This document shows positions 7,353-17,319 of a stretch of DNA of 64,000 nt, piece by piece. A model generated the notes under the pieces. That model saw only the letters and a list, made by a program, of their open reading frames with translations, searched no databases and was not told the DNA's origin. Position 1 is the first letter of the stretch; the number at the start of each line of letters is the position of its first letter. A program made the position numbers and the translations under genes. Origin of the DNA: an uncultured Anaerolineales bacterium (GTDB lineage: Bacteria > Chloroflexota > Anaerolineae > Anaerolineales > UBA11858); the NCBI GenBank assembly GCA_964622645.1, contig CAZUSV010000005.1:1122-65121 (forward strand), read 5' to 3'.

Positions 7353-10340
7353 CTAAGGCGAGCGGGCGCACCTGAAGCCGAGGTAGTCCCTGGAAAAGGC
7401 TGGAGTAAGCCTGAGGCGGTCCACCGAGCTGACGAGCCTATCATTACTGCCCCAAGAGCCGCCCCGCAAGACACGGTATTCGCCTGACACCGGACCGGTT
7501 GGATTGCTATACTGCGAACTCGCATAATAACCGCTATCGTGCCAATCCGCTACCCACTCCCATACATTGCCCGCCATGTCCAATGCTCCATACGGACTCA
7601 TCCCCACCGGATAGCTGCCCACTTCTATCGTACCACCCACACAACTCCCATAGTTCGCTCGTTCACAGTCTATCCCTTCTCCCCACGGATACGTGCGCCC
7701 ATCCGTACCCCGCGCCGCTTTCTCCCACTCCGCTTCCGTCGGCAAGCGCCGCCCAGCCCAGACGCAATAGGCTTCGGCGTTATACCAACTCACATAGATC
7801 ACCGGGTAATTGGCATAAGCATCATTGCCGTAGTAGTTGTCGCGAGTATAGGATTCTGTATGCGCTGGCGTAACACAATAGCCCGCCGCCACGCATTGGG
7901 CGTACATAGCGTTTGTCACTTCGGTCTGGTCCATCCAGAAGGCATCCAGGTATACCGTATGAACAGGTTTTCCGCTACTATTGCGGTCGTTGCTTCCCAT
8001 CTCAAACTCGCCCGCCGGAACCAAGACCATCTCCTCGCCTAACGGCCATCCAACTTTGTCATAAATTTGCGCCAAGCGAACCCACAAATCCGGGTAGTCG
8101 GGGTCTAATCGCAGCCCGGCTTCAAGTTCTGTACGAGCGGTTTCCCAATCTTCTGCATCTATTGCTGACAGGCCATACTGATAGTGACTTTCAACGACTA
8201 GTGCAGGCGCGTCCCTATAATTCCCGCACTGCTCAAATTGGTGAGCCGCACCTTCCCATTGCCCGGCTACTTGCAGTTCTTCGCCGTACCGGTAATGGCT
8301 TTCCAAAACCAGCGTAGGCGCATCCCTGAAATTCCCGCATTGTACGAATTGGGCTGCAGCCTGCTCCCATTGTCCGGTCTCCAGAAGTTTTTGTCCATCG
8401 GAATAGCAAATGGCTTTCAGGATCTGCACACTACTAATAATCAGCGAGACCAGTAAGATCACCACAGCAAGCGATGTCTGCAACCAATACCGCGCCCAAA
8501 AGGTTTTCAGCCAGGGTAGATCCAGGGACACAGGCAGATTAACGGCCTGTTGCCACCTAGCCGCCTTTGCCTGAATGTTTATTTGGGCGTGATGCTTGCC
8601 TAATTTCATCTTTCCAGTATTGACCTGGGCTTCCACATCCCGGCTGGCGCCCGGCTCCAGGCGAAACGAGGCTGGTTTAGCGCTGAACCACTGTTCGGCG
8701 CAATTCACCTGGCACTCACAGGCGCTGCCCCCGGTGTTGCGCACGTTGAATGTGCGGCGCAAGGTTTCACCCTGGAAGGCGGAACCCAGGTCGAGGGGGG
8801 ACGTACTGAGAGTCAGTTGTGGTAGCGGTACGCTGACTGCGACTGGAAGATCAGCCCGCCCAACACTCCCGGCATCCACCCACAGGGAGGCGCTGTGGGG
8901 CTGCGCCGCAGGGGAGAGTTTCGCCGTGTTCACCGTGAGCTGAAGCGTCTGACGCTCACGTGCTGCGAATTCGACTTTATCCACCGAAATCCAGGCCGGG
9001 ATTTGGGTCAACTTCCCATGAAGGCAGCCGCTGCCGGTGTTGCGAATTTCCAGGGTAAGGGTTTTCACCTGCTCCCAAGGAACCGCCATGAAGTTCAAGG
9101 CCTTGGGATAGATTTCCAAAATCGACGGAGGGAATTGCGGATCGAGGACGCGCAGGAAGGCATCCAGGGCGATATCGGAGTTCTTATACGTCGCTTTGGC
9201 ATTAGAAAGCTGGGCCATAGCCTGATTATGGTGAAGGCTCTGGAACCAGCGTTCCCAATCCCTGCCGGTGAAGTAATCACGGGCTTCATCCCAACAACGA
9301 TCAGCGACAGGTGGTAGTTGCTCTGGCCGGATACAAATAGTGCCATCTTTCCAGGTAAAGGTCGTCACAGCAGCCTGCGGTTGGATAAGTTGCTCTAACT
9401 GCGCTTTCCATTGCGTTGCCGCAGGCCGGTCAGTCGGTTTGGCACGCAGAGCAGCGGCGACCGTGGTTTCCAAATCGACAGGCAAGGCGCCGTTCAAGCT
9501 GCGCAGCGCAGGGAAATTGCCATGCTGCCGTTGGGCTTCAGGGAGGTCGAATGTAGTAAAAGCGTCCCGGGGATCACACCCGGTCAGTAGATGGTGCAGC
9601 GTGGCTCCCAAAGAATACATATCCGAAGCTGGAACTGCCTGCTGCAGCCATTGCTCCAAAGGCGCATAGCCAGGCGTTCCGGCAGCGGTGGTCTTGCCCA
9701 ATCCCCCGCCTCCTACCGTTGGCTGGGCTTTTGACAACCCAAAATCCACCAGCCAGACCCTGTCGGCCTGATCAACCAGGATGTTGGCTGGTTTGATGTC
9801 CCGGTGCAACACAGGATCTGGTATCCGGCTGTGCATATAATCCAGCGCGCTGACAACCTGCAAAGCGATCCCTACGGCCTCCCGCCAGGGTAATGGCTGT
9901 CTGGTGCGGGCGAGGCGTTGTTCCAGGTTCTCGCCCTCGATATACTTCATCACCAAGTAGTTGCCGCTCGGTTCGGCGAAGAAATCATAGATCTCGGGGA
10001 TGTTGGGGTGGCCGGGTTTGTTGAGCGATACCAGCGATTTGGCCTCGCGCTCGAAGCCTTGCTGCAATTGAGTAATCTCCGAGGGGCTTGATCCAGACTC
10101 GATGAGCATTTGTTTGACAACGCACTCTCGATCCAATCGAATATCCCGGGCCAGATAAACCGCTCCAAAACCGCCCTCGCCAAGAATCTTTTCAATACGA
10201 TAGCGACCTTGTAACATAAACCCAGGGCTGAGATACTGGGATGATGAAGAAGTCAACTGCGCGCCGCAATTCGAGCAAAACTTCACATTTGGGCTGACGG
10301 GCGAGTTGCATCGAGAACACTGTTGAAACATCGAAACCAA
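7353..10340 (-). CDS. Multidomain Ser/Thr kinase: zinc ribbon, kinase, two Ig/BACON-like domains, TM, TPR-like repeats, FGE-sulfatase (SUMF1/CLec-fold) domain
   Basis: CSRC...[20 protein letters not shown], and two IRNTG/VRNTG Ig-like modules. [21 protein letters not shown] motifs [29 protein letters not shown] and GFRC. Alternative ATG at 10331. Confidence 0.93.
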   Translation of the reverse strand: MVSMFQQCSRCNSPVSPNVKFCSNCGAQLTSSSSQYLSPGFMLQGRYRIEKILGEGGFGAVYLARDIRLDRECVVKQMLIESGSSPSEITQLQQGFEREAKSLVSLNKPGHPNIPEIYDFFAEPSGNYLVMKYIEGENLEQRLARTRQPLPWREAVGIALQVVSALDYMHSRIPDPVLHRDIKPANILVDQADRVWLVDFGLSKAQPTVGGGGLGKTTAAGTPGYAPLEQWLQQAVPASDMYSLGATLHHLLTGCDPRDAFTTFDLPEAQRQHGNFPALRSLNGALPVDLETTVAAALRAKPTDRPAATQWKAQLEQLIQPQAAVTTFTWKDGTICIRPEQLPPVADRCWDEARDYFTGRDWERWFQSLHHNQAMAQLSNAKATYKNSDIALDAFLRVLDPQFPPSILEIYPKALNFMAVPWEQVKTLTLEIRNTGSGCLHGKLTQIPAWISVDKVEFAARERQTLQLTVNTAKLSPAAQPHSASLWVDAGSVGRADLPVAVSVPLPQLTLSTSPLDLGSAFQGETLRRTFNVRNTGGSACECQVNCAEQWFSAKPASFRLEPGASRDVEAQVNTGKMKLGKHHAQINIQAKAARWQQAVNLPVSLDLPWLKTFWARYWLQTSLAVVILLVSLIISSVQILKAICYSDGQKLLETGQWEQAAAQFVQCGNFRDAPTLVLESHYRYGEELQVAGQWEGAAHQFEQCGNYRDAPALVVESHYQYGLSAIDAEDWETARTELEAGLRLDPDYPDLWVRLAQIYDKVGWPLGEEMVLVPAGEFEMGSNDRNSSGKPVHTVYLDAFWMDQTEVTNAMYAQCVAAGYCVTPAHTESYTRDNYYGNDAYANYPVIYVSWYNAEAYCVWAGRRLPTEAEWEKAARGTDGRTYPWGEGIDCERANYGSCVGGTIEVGSYPVGMSPYGALDMAGNVWEWVADWHDSGYYASSQYSNPTGPVSGEYRVLRGGSWGSNDRLVSSVDRLRLTPAFSRDYLGFRCARSP
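8154..8375 (-). repeat. Tandem 111 bp (37 aa) TPR-like duplication inside the kinase extracellular region
   Basis: [31 protein letters not shown] versus [31 protein letters not shown]. Units start at 8375 and 8264. Confidence 0.8.
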
Positions 10341-10344
10341 ACTC

Positions 10345-11484
10345 CTACGAAATTCCCACTTGTGCCGCTAATATTTCGGCGATTTGGTAAGCAGCATCGG
10401 GACGCGCCAAACGACGACAAGAAGCTGCCGCCTGGTGATATCTCTCAGGATGCTGAATCCAATCTCTAATGGCAGCTACTACATCTTCAGGCTGAGGAGC
10501 CCAAACCCCAGCACCTGCTGAAACCACGTAAGGAATATTGCCATCCTCTTGACCCGGTAACCGATCGTAAAGCACCATCGGTAATCCAACATTGAGTGCC
10601 TCGCAAATCGTGCCCGGACCAGCTTTCGTTACCAATATATCAGCTGCTTGCATGAATTCTGCCATTTCGTTAACAAAACCATAAATGAATGTCGGACTGG
10701 ACCACTTTTTGCTCTGTAAACGTGCTTTCAAGTCTCGATTGCGCCCAGTTACAACGACCAGAGTCGCCGGAAGCTTTGCACCAACGATAGACTGAGCTAT
10801 TTTCTCCAGCGAACCCATTCCGTCCCCACCACCAACTAGGAGTACAACCGGCAATTCTATGGGCCATCCTAAACGAGATTTCAAGGTCGAAGACGTCTTT
10901 CGAGAAGATACACTAAACCCCGCAGACACGGGCAATCCCGTCACAAGCACGCGCCGGGCTTCTAGCCCATTCTGTAGAGCAATCTGATGAGCCGCCTCGG
11001 TGGGAACCAAACAAAGATCTGGGGTCGGTTGGTGATGATACCAGATCGAGTGAGTAGTAACTAAATCGGTGACGATTGTGACAAAGGGGGGGCGATGGTT
11101 TTCAAGTTCGAGCGCGTGCAGGAATGTGGCATTCGCCAGGGGATGCAGGGAGACAATCAAATCACTGGGATGTTGGCGAAGTAAAGTCCGGGCAGCTTTG
11201 CGTACATAAGGCCAGGCAGTAGATGTAACCCACTGAGAACGGCGAGGGCCGTCACTCAAACGATACATCAGTTTCCATACACCCGGAACACGCGTCAGGT
11301 ACGGATAAATATTTGGCAGCAGATTCAAAGGCCATGGAGCATAATCCTCAAGAAAATCCACCATTTCAGTGGATACAAATTCTCCATATTCATTCTCTAA
11401 GGCTCCGATAATCGCTTTGGCTGCGCTGCAATGTCCACCACCCGTATTAGAGAATAAAAAGAGTATCCTTGCACGGCGATCCAT
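10345..11484 (-). CDS. MGDG-synthase/UgtP-like diacylglycerol glycosyltransferase (GT28 family)
   Basis: Motifs [43 protein letters not shown] and LPGQEDGN. Confidence 0.9.
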   Translation of the reverse strand: MDRRARILFLFSNTGGGHCSAAKAIIGALENEYGEFVSTEMVDFLEDYAPWPLNLLPNIYPYLTRVPGVWKLMYRLSDGPRRSQWVTSTAWPYVRKAARTLLRQHPSDLIVSLHPLANATFLHALELENHRPPFVTIVTDLVTTHSIWYHHQPTPDLCLVPTEAAHQIALQNGLEARRVLVTGLPVSAGFSVSSRKTSSTLKSRLGWPIELPVVLLVGGGDGMGSLEKIAQSIVGAKLPATLVVVTGRNRDLKARLQSKKWSSPTFIYGFVNEMAEFMQAADILVTKAGPGTICEALNVGLPMVLYDRLPGQEDGNIPYVVSAGAGVWAPQPEDVVAAIRDWIQHPERYHQAAASCRRLARPDAAYQIAEILAAQVGIS

Positions 11485-11508
11485 GAAAAATGAAACCAGG
11501 CTGTTCCT

Positions 11509-12951
11509 TCACTCTTGCGAAATCAAACTGAAGTATGTATCCAATAAATTAATGGCGATTTCCAATTCCCCCGAGTTGATTGCTAAGCGCGCATCATCCA
11601 GGATCAGGTAAGCTTGAAAATTAGCGTGCCGACCTCCTGATACCCGATCAAAATAATCTTCGTATCCAGTGGCGACACGGTCAACGGTAGCTACGAAAAG
11701 CAATGGATCAAAGGAAATCGATCTTTCAGACAGGCTGGCCTGCCATTCAGCATCCAGCTCTGCCAGGCCTTTGCCATACACACCCAGGTAATTCCCCGAA
11801 GAGAAAACTTGTGCAAAAAGCTCCAGTCCATATTCTTCGATCAGGTATTTCACAAAACAGCCGCTCTGGTTATAGTAAAGGAAGCTGCGGATATGACCCT
11901 CGAAGTACGGTGGACCATACTTCGTTTGAGATGCCAATGTCGTCATTGGCACTAGCCGTCCAGCCTCCCTAGCAGCTACACAAATATCATCCAATGGAAG
12001 ATAGCCGGTGCGCTCTTGCAGAAATTCCTGAGGCAGATAAGTCGCTAAACCTTCATGGATCATAGGCGAGTGATAACGACCCCATTGATGGTAGGCCAAG
12101 ATATGCGTGAACTCATGGGCGAAGAGATAGGTCTGCTCCCCCAGGCTGCCAGTACCATCTACCAGCATGAACGAACGATACAAACCGGACTGAGTGAACC
12201 CACGCAGGTTTTCATCGTCCCGAAAAAGAGACCCTGCCAGATAGAGGTCCAAAGAGCTATCGAACGATGAGCCAATCTGTTCTTCGACAAACTGGTACGC
12301 CTCAGTTAACGCATCCAGAATTTGCCCCCAATTTCGGTCAACATAAGCCCCCCTCTGATAATGCAAGATCAAATTGCCATCATCTGCCGAAGCCTGTAAC
12401 GGATAAACCGATAGCAATTCATCAGAATTCGATGTCAAATAGGAGATTCCTGTGTACGGTTGGGGATTATCCGGGTCTGGAGTAGCAGATAACTCGACAA
12501 TCAGTTCAGGGGATGAAATAGGGATTAATATTGTATCTCCAACTTGAATAAGATCGGCGTCTTTGATGGGCTCATTCACTGCTAAGATTTCTTTCACGCT
12601 GACATCATAAAATTCCGCAATTAAAGATAAAGTATCTCCTTCGCGCACAACATGGCGAACAATGGATTCCTGCGTTGGGGGTGTATCAGTAGAAATAGGA
12701 GAGATAGTGAAAGAAGGGAATGGTGTTAGCGTTGGTTTAACATCCAAATGAACAGTCGGTTCAATAGTCGCAGTGATTGCCTTTTCAGATAGCTGAACTT
12801 TCGTTGCATTAGGTTGTTGTGTCGCTACAACAAGATCATCTCTCCAAAAAAAGAAATAAAGAGCTGGAATAAGCGTTGCTACAATAACAACTACTTCGAT
12901 GACTATGACGATGACAAGCGTGCGACGTGATAATTTCATCAGGGGGTCCAA
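11509..12951 (-). CDS. Membrane-anchored LysM plus gluzincin (peptidase MA-like) protein
   Basis: N-terminal TM, LysM (HVVREGDTLSLIAEFYDVSVKEILAVN...IQVGDTILIP), and HEFTH followed by HEGLATYL. The start overlaps the upstream kinase stop. Confidence 0.88.
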   Translation of the reverse strand: MDPLMKLSRRTLVIVIVIEVVVIVATLIPALYFFFWRDDLVVATQQPNATKVQLSEKAITATIEPTVHLDVKPTLTPFPSFTISPISTDTPPTQESIVRHVVREGDTLSLIAEFYDVSVKEILAVNEPIKDADLIQVGDTILIPISSPELIVELSATPDPDNPQPYTGISYLTSNSDELLSVYPLQASADDGNLILHYQRGAYVDRNWGQILDALTEAYQFVEEQIGSSFDSSLDLYLAGSLFRDDENLRGFTQSGLYRSFMLVDGTGSLGEQTYLFAHEFTHILAYHQWGRYHSPMIHEGLATYLPQEFLQERTGYLPLDDICVAAREAGRLVPMTTLASQTKYGPPYFEGHIRSFLYYNQSGCFVKYLIEEYGLELFAQVFSSGNYLGVYGKGLAELDAEWQASLSERSISFDPLLFVATVDRVATGYEDYFDRVSGGRHANFQAYLILDDARLAINSGELEIAINLLDTYFSLISQE

Positions 12952-14930
12952 TCGGGTTGGTTATCACCACCTCCCTTGGATATTATCTGATAATCAGATC
13001 CACCAATAGCAATACGTGCAATCTTCCACTCATTACCGATTTCCGCATTATAAACTATATATCTACCATCCGGCGACCAGCAGGGACGGCCGTTCGATCC
13101 GCTAACAGTTAATTGAATTTCGTTGCCTCCATCCGTCTCAACAATCCAGATTTGATCTGGGTTACCGCTCCGCAGTGTGTTATAGGCAATCCATTGGCCA
13201 TCAGGCGACCAAACAGGAAAACGCTTATCGGTACTGCTGGAAGTGATTTGGGTCTGTTGAAATGTTCCCAATTCGATGATCACAATTTGCCAATGGCTAC
13301 CGATCTTGGACATCATCACCAAATTCCGACCATCCGGGGACCAATTAGGCGCCCGGTTGGCATGACTATCCCAGGTCAATTGCTCACGATTTCCCCCTTC
13401 GGCAGTCATCAGCCAAATCTGATAATGGCCATGCATATCAGGCCATTCAAAGGCAATCCATTCCCCGTTTGGTGACCAAGCCGGTTGACGTCCATCACCC
13501 AATGAACGCTCGCCATCACCATAGATTCCTATAATATGAATCTCCCAGTCATCACTTTTACCGAATTTGCGCTCGAAGGCAATCCGCTGACCATCCGGAG
13601 AAAAGTCAGGCTCATCACTTAGATTCTTATGATTTGTCAACTGACGAAATCCTGTACCATCCGCATTCATAACAGCAATTTCTGGGTATCCACTACGGGT
13701 AGAATTGATGGCAATTAAACCACTGTTGGGATCCATCGATGGCAGCGATCCATCGCTCTCCGGCGTTGGAGTAAAACTTGGCGCGCTGGTCGACGTAATC
13801 ATGGGAGTTTTTGGTGTAGAAAGGTCGCTGCTTGTTGTTAGAGAGGGAGTTGGCGAGAGATCATCAGCACTAGGTGATGGGCTTGCTGAAGCAACATCCT
13901 CTGTTGCCGTAACCACAAGTATCGAAGTCACTGGCGCAGGCGAAGATAATATCTTCGGTAAGATAACAAATAAACCTGCCACCAATAGCACCGCCATGAT
14001 CCCCGCGCCGATGGCTACGCCAGACAACAACGGCATGGTTTTGGGAACTGTTGCTGTTCGCCTGGGTTTTGGCTGAACAGGAGGAGAGATCACTTTGGTA
14101 CTCGGTAAAACCGGGGAGGTGAGAGCTGTCTTCAACGCTTGTTTGAATTCGTTTACGTTTTGGTAGCGTTGACCAGGATGCACTGCCATCGCCTTTGCAA
14201 TTACTGCGCCAACACTTCTTGGGACGTTAGGGTTAGCAAGATGAGCCGGGATGAGTGGATCCCGGGTTGCACTTGCGCGCTGAACACTTTCTTGAGGAAC
14301 CTGGCCTACGATCAAGGTGTACAGCGTTGCTCCCAAAGCATAAATGTCACTGCGAATCGTTGTTGTTCCTTGACCATACTGTTCAATCGGAGAAAATCCA
14401 GGCGTCATTGCTCGTGCGCCCACTGTAGTTTTCAATTGGGGGTTGTAGATTTTGGCAATACCAAAATCCACCAGCACAGCCTGCCCATCAGACTTGATTT
14501 TGATATTGGCAGGTTTGATATCGCGATGAATAACAGGGGGTTGTTGATTATGCAAATAGGTCAACGCATCACATACTTGTTCTACCCACGGCAACACCTG
14601 GCTTATCGAGAGAGGTTTACCCATACGATCGAGCAGTTCCTGCAAATCCTCTCCATCAACAAAATCCATAACCAGATATTGCCCCTTACCTGGGATAGTG
14701 AAGTGATCGGTTACGCGCGGCAGATTGGGATGATGCAAGCTAGCCAGCAAGACCGCCTCTCGCTCGAATTGGCGCTGGGCGTGCAGATCGGTTACAAGGT
14801 TTTCTTTGACCGCACAAGCAAGGTTGAGGTTCATATCCCAGGCGCGGTAGATTATCCCAAAGCCGCCCTGGCTAAGCTGGCCTGCGATGCGATAGCGTTT
14901 GTTTAAGATTTGGGAGGTTTGGAGAGGCAT
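12939..14930 (-). CDS. Receptor-type Ser/Thr kinase with extracellular TolB/PD40 beta-propeller
   Basis: [14 protein letters not shown], a TM, an S/T/P linker, and repeated P-x-W/F-S-P-D/N-G motifs. Confidence 0.95.
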   Translation of the reverse strand: MPLQTSQILNKRYRIAGQLSQGGFGIIYRAWDMNLNLACAVKENLVTDLHAQRQFEREAVLLASLHHPNLPRVTDHFTIPGKGQYLVMDFVDGEDLQELLDRMGKPLSISQVLPWVEQVCDALTYLHNQQPPVIHRDIKPANIKIKSDGQAVLVDFGIAKIYNPQLKTTVGARAMTPGFSPIEQYGQGTTTIRSDIYALGATLYTLIVGQVPQESVQRASATRDPLIPAHLANPNVPRSVGAVIAKAMAVHPGQRYQNVNEFKQALKTALTSPVLPSTKVISPPVQPKPRRTATVPKTMPLLSGVAIGAGIMAVLLVAGLFVILPKILSSPAPVTSILVVTATEDVASASPSPSADDLSPTPSLTTSSDLSTPKTPMITSTSAPSFTPTPESDGSLPSMDPNSGLIAINSTRSGYPEIAVMNADGTGFRQLTNHKNLSDEPDFSPDGQRIAFERKFGKSDDWEIHIIGIYGDGERSLGDGRQPAWSPNGEWIAFEWPDMHGHYQIWLMTAEGGNREQLTWDSHANRAPNWSPDGRNLVMMSKIGSHWQIVIIELGTFQQTQITSSSTDKRFPVWSPDGQWIAYNTLRSGNPDQIWIVETDGGNEIQLTVSGSNGRPCWSPDGRYIVYNAEIGNEWKIARIAIGGSDYQIISKGGGDNQPDWTP

Positions 14931-15116
14931 GATTGTTCTACTCTAAATATGTTGAAATAAAAGGGATATGCAGCAATGCAACATGAGTCGCGCCCCTTAA
15001 TTATCGTATGCTTACACTTAACACACTCAAAATAAAGTTGAAGTTGCCATACGAGCCCCTAGTACAAACTTTAGGATTACTTTTTCGAAAAACCGTTTTC
15101 AAGTTCTTGTCCCCCC

Positions 15117-15151
15117 AAAAAAGCTGCCTATCCTATCCCGGGGAGCAGGCA
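15117..15151 (-). terminator. Possible intrinsic terminator
   Basis: Minus-strand RNA UGCCUGCUCC-CCGGGAUA-GGAUAGGCA-GC-UUUUUU forms a bulged ~9 bp stem plus U-tract. It starts about 25 nt past the stop at 15175, in one of the few long intergenic gaps. Confidence 0.4.
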
Positions 15152-15174
15152 ATTGAAACCTAGTCACAAAAAAA

Positions 15175-15771
15175 TTATTCTTCCTTTACAACCTTTGTCC
15201 GAAAACTCCACCATTCTTTGCTAAGCCAGGTAGTCAACATGCCAAGAATACTGCCCACCACCTTAGAAGTTGTCAACACTTTTTCAAATGGCATCACATT
15301 GGATGTCAAAGTCCTCGTTGAGTATTTGGGCGCATCATCGATTATGATCTGGGTTTGAGAGTCCAGATTGCTATTGCGCTTAACAACGCCTTCACGGGAG
15401 GGTCGGAGGATAAACTCAACCTGTTGGGATTTTCTTTCACCACCTGTCAAGGTATCAAAGGATAACATAGTGGATTTTCCCCCCATCAGCACCATGGGGA
15501 CATCTGTTTCGAATACCACTAAAACATCAACAGGGCCAAGCGGTTCTGCCTGTGAGTTTTGTACCGAAACATCGTAGGTAAACATCTCATTATAAGATAA
15601 GCTTTCAGGATAAAAGATATCCAAAACCAGCTCAGGGTAAGAAATTTTATAGCGAGCGTTTTTCTTTAATACCAACAAATACAAACCGGAATACCAGATG
15701 ATAAAGAGAAAAAGTATAGTTGTTAATACAATCAGGGAATTCTTTTTTTGAGTAGCAAGATCATCAGACAT
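15175..15771 (-). CDS. Membrane protein with Ig-like (CARDB-like) domain
   Basis: N-terminal TM, a beta-rich YDVSVQNSQ...FDTLTGGERKSQQVEF segment, and a hydrophobic C-terminal helix. Confidence 0.65.
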   Translation of the reverse strand: MSDDLATQKKNSLIVLTTILFLFIIWYSGLYLLVLKKNARYKISYPELVLDIFYPESLSYNEMFTYDVSVQNSQAEPLGPVDVLVVFETDVPMVLMGGKSTMLSFDTLTGGERKSQQVEFILRPSREGVVKRNSNLDSQTQIIIDDAPKYSTRTLTSNVMPFEKVLTTSKVVGSILGMLTTWLSKEWWSFRTKVVKEE

Positions 15772-15795
15772 AGTGAAACCTCACGCTGAGATTAA

Positions 15796-17295
15796 CTATC
15801 TCAAAAACAACAAATATATAACCAACACAATAAGACCAAATGTAGCTAGAGAGGCAGAAATAAAGAACCCCACTGTGTTTCCAATAAAGACCGAAAAAAG
15901 CGCAAAACCGACCGCCGCTATCCCAATTAGCGAAAAAAATATGGATACCCGCCCGTTTCGGATTCGTATGATTCTAGATTTGATTTTCTTGCCGATCTCT
16001 TTTACCTCAGGGTCATCTCGATATTTTGGATATTGGCTGAGCGTATTCAACGCGGATTTCAACTCGCTAATTCTATTGCTTGTATCAGATACCAAATTTT
16101 GTTCGTCCAAGGTTTCTTGCGCCGCATCAATTTCCATCTGTACATCGCGTAATTCATCTCGCAAAGATTGCATTTGGCTGGAGAGCTCTTCCCCACCAGG
16201 CCAGGCGTTTTCCAGAGTGGACAAGGTGCTTTCAGCATCCTCGATATAAGTGCGTGCGTCTTCAATGCGCGGGGTACTTTTTGCGTCGGCAATTCTACGA
16301 TCCACGCTGTAAAGACCTCGCTCAACAGCCAATTCTAAGGCCTGTAGCTCCAGAATACTCATTTGCTCTAAGAGAGGATTAGCGCCATATTTGGCACGTA
16401 ACTGGTCCAACTCGGTCTGGGCTCCTTCCACCAGTTGCAGATCAATAGGGCGAGTAGATAGCTTTTGACTAATTTGCTCAAGTTTAGTTTGCACATCCCG
16501 GTACTCAGCCAATTTATCCTGGTAAAGGGGAAAACTTACCGTGTCATACGCCACCTGCATCTTTTGGATGGCCATTTCGAGGTCGCCTGCCTGAAATGCC
16601 TGAATAGCCTGATTGTAGATATCTTGAGCATCCATCATTACTTTGACATTGTTTTCGAATTCTTGACCTTCCTGGAAACGGGTGATACCGGCAGCTCTAA
16701 GGCTCTTTTTTGCCTCTTCGTAGTAAGCCAGTGCGCGCTCATAATCCATCACTCTGGATGCCGATTGGGCTTTGCCGTACAGGACGGCTGCCTCTGCTGG
16801 AAGGGCGATCTCGGGGATATTCCCGGTTTGCAAATATTCCTTAGCCTTCTGATAGTGTTCTTCGGCACGCGACCAGTTGGGTTCAATCATCAGCACCTTC
16901 TCATACAGCTGAATTGCCTCTTGATGGTGACCGTTGTAAAAGGCTGCTTCCGCTTGATTCATCAGGGCTTCCGCTTGAGGATCTCGGGTTGGAGGAGTAC
17001 TTTTCTTATCCGATGAAGAAATATCTACTCTTTCTCTTTCTACTGAATCGCTAGAGGGGAGAGGTTCTACAAGAGATAGGGTGCTATTAAGATCATTAAT
17101 TTTTGCGTGCAGTTGTTTCCGCAGTATACGCAGGTGATCCTGGTCTTCAAGATCCCACTGGGCAAATATGCTCCTCATAATATCTTCTACTTCTTGTTCC
17201 AGGTCTTTCAGATTATCCAATACTGGGTCTTGAGCTTGTATTTCCTGTGAAATCCTGGTTTCTAGGTCATCGAGGATGGGGTTATTCGTACTCAT
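15796..17295 (-). CDS. TPR/coiled-coil protein with C-terminal TM hairpin (paralog A)
   Basis: Begins MSTNNPILDDLETRI. TPR AEAAFYNGHHQEAIQLYEKVLMIEPNW. Two C-terminal TM helices. Confidence 0.88.
   Translation of the reverse strand: MSTNNPILDDLETRISQEIQAQDPVLDNLKDLEQEVEDIMRSIFAQWDLEDQDHLRILRKQLHAKINDLNSTLSLVEPLPSSDSVERERVDISSSDKKSTPPTRDPQAEALMNQAEAAFYNGHHQEAIQLYEKVLMIEPNWSRAEEHYQKAKEYLQTGNIPEIALPAEAAVLYGKAQSASRVMDYERALAYYEEAKKSLRAAGITRFQEGQEFENNVKVMMDAQDIYNQAIQAFQAGDLEMAIQKMQVAYDTVSFPLYQDKLAEYRDVQTKLEQISQKLSTRPIDLQLVEGAQTELDQLRAKYGANPLLEQMSILELQALELAVERGLYSVDRRIADAKSTPRIEDARTYIEDAESTLSTLENAWPGGEELSSQMQSLRDELRDVQMEIDAAQETLDEQNLVSDTSNRISELKSALNTLSQYPKYRDDPEVKEIGKKIKSRIIRIRNGRVSIFFSLIGIAAVGFALFSVFIGNTVGFFISASLATFGLIVLVIYLLFLR
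16767..16845. repeat. 79 bp near-identical repeat shared with 18282..18360 (TPR paralogs A and B)
   Basis: gggctttgccgtacag...gatattcccggtttg...aaatattccttagc, with 2 mismatches by eye. Confidence 0.8.
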
Positions 17296-17319
17296 AGAAT
17301 ACTCCGGGCTGGGGGCAAA

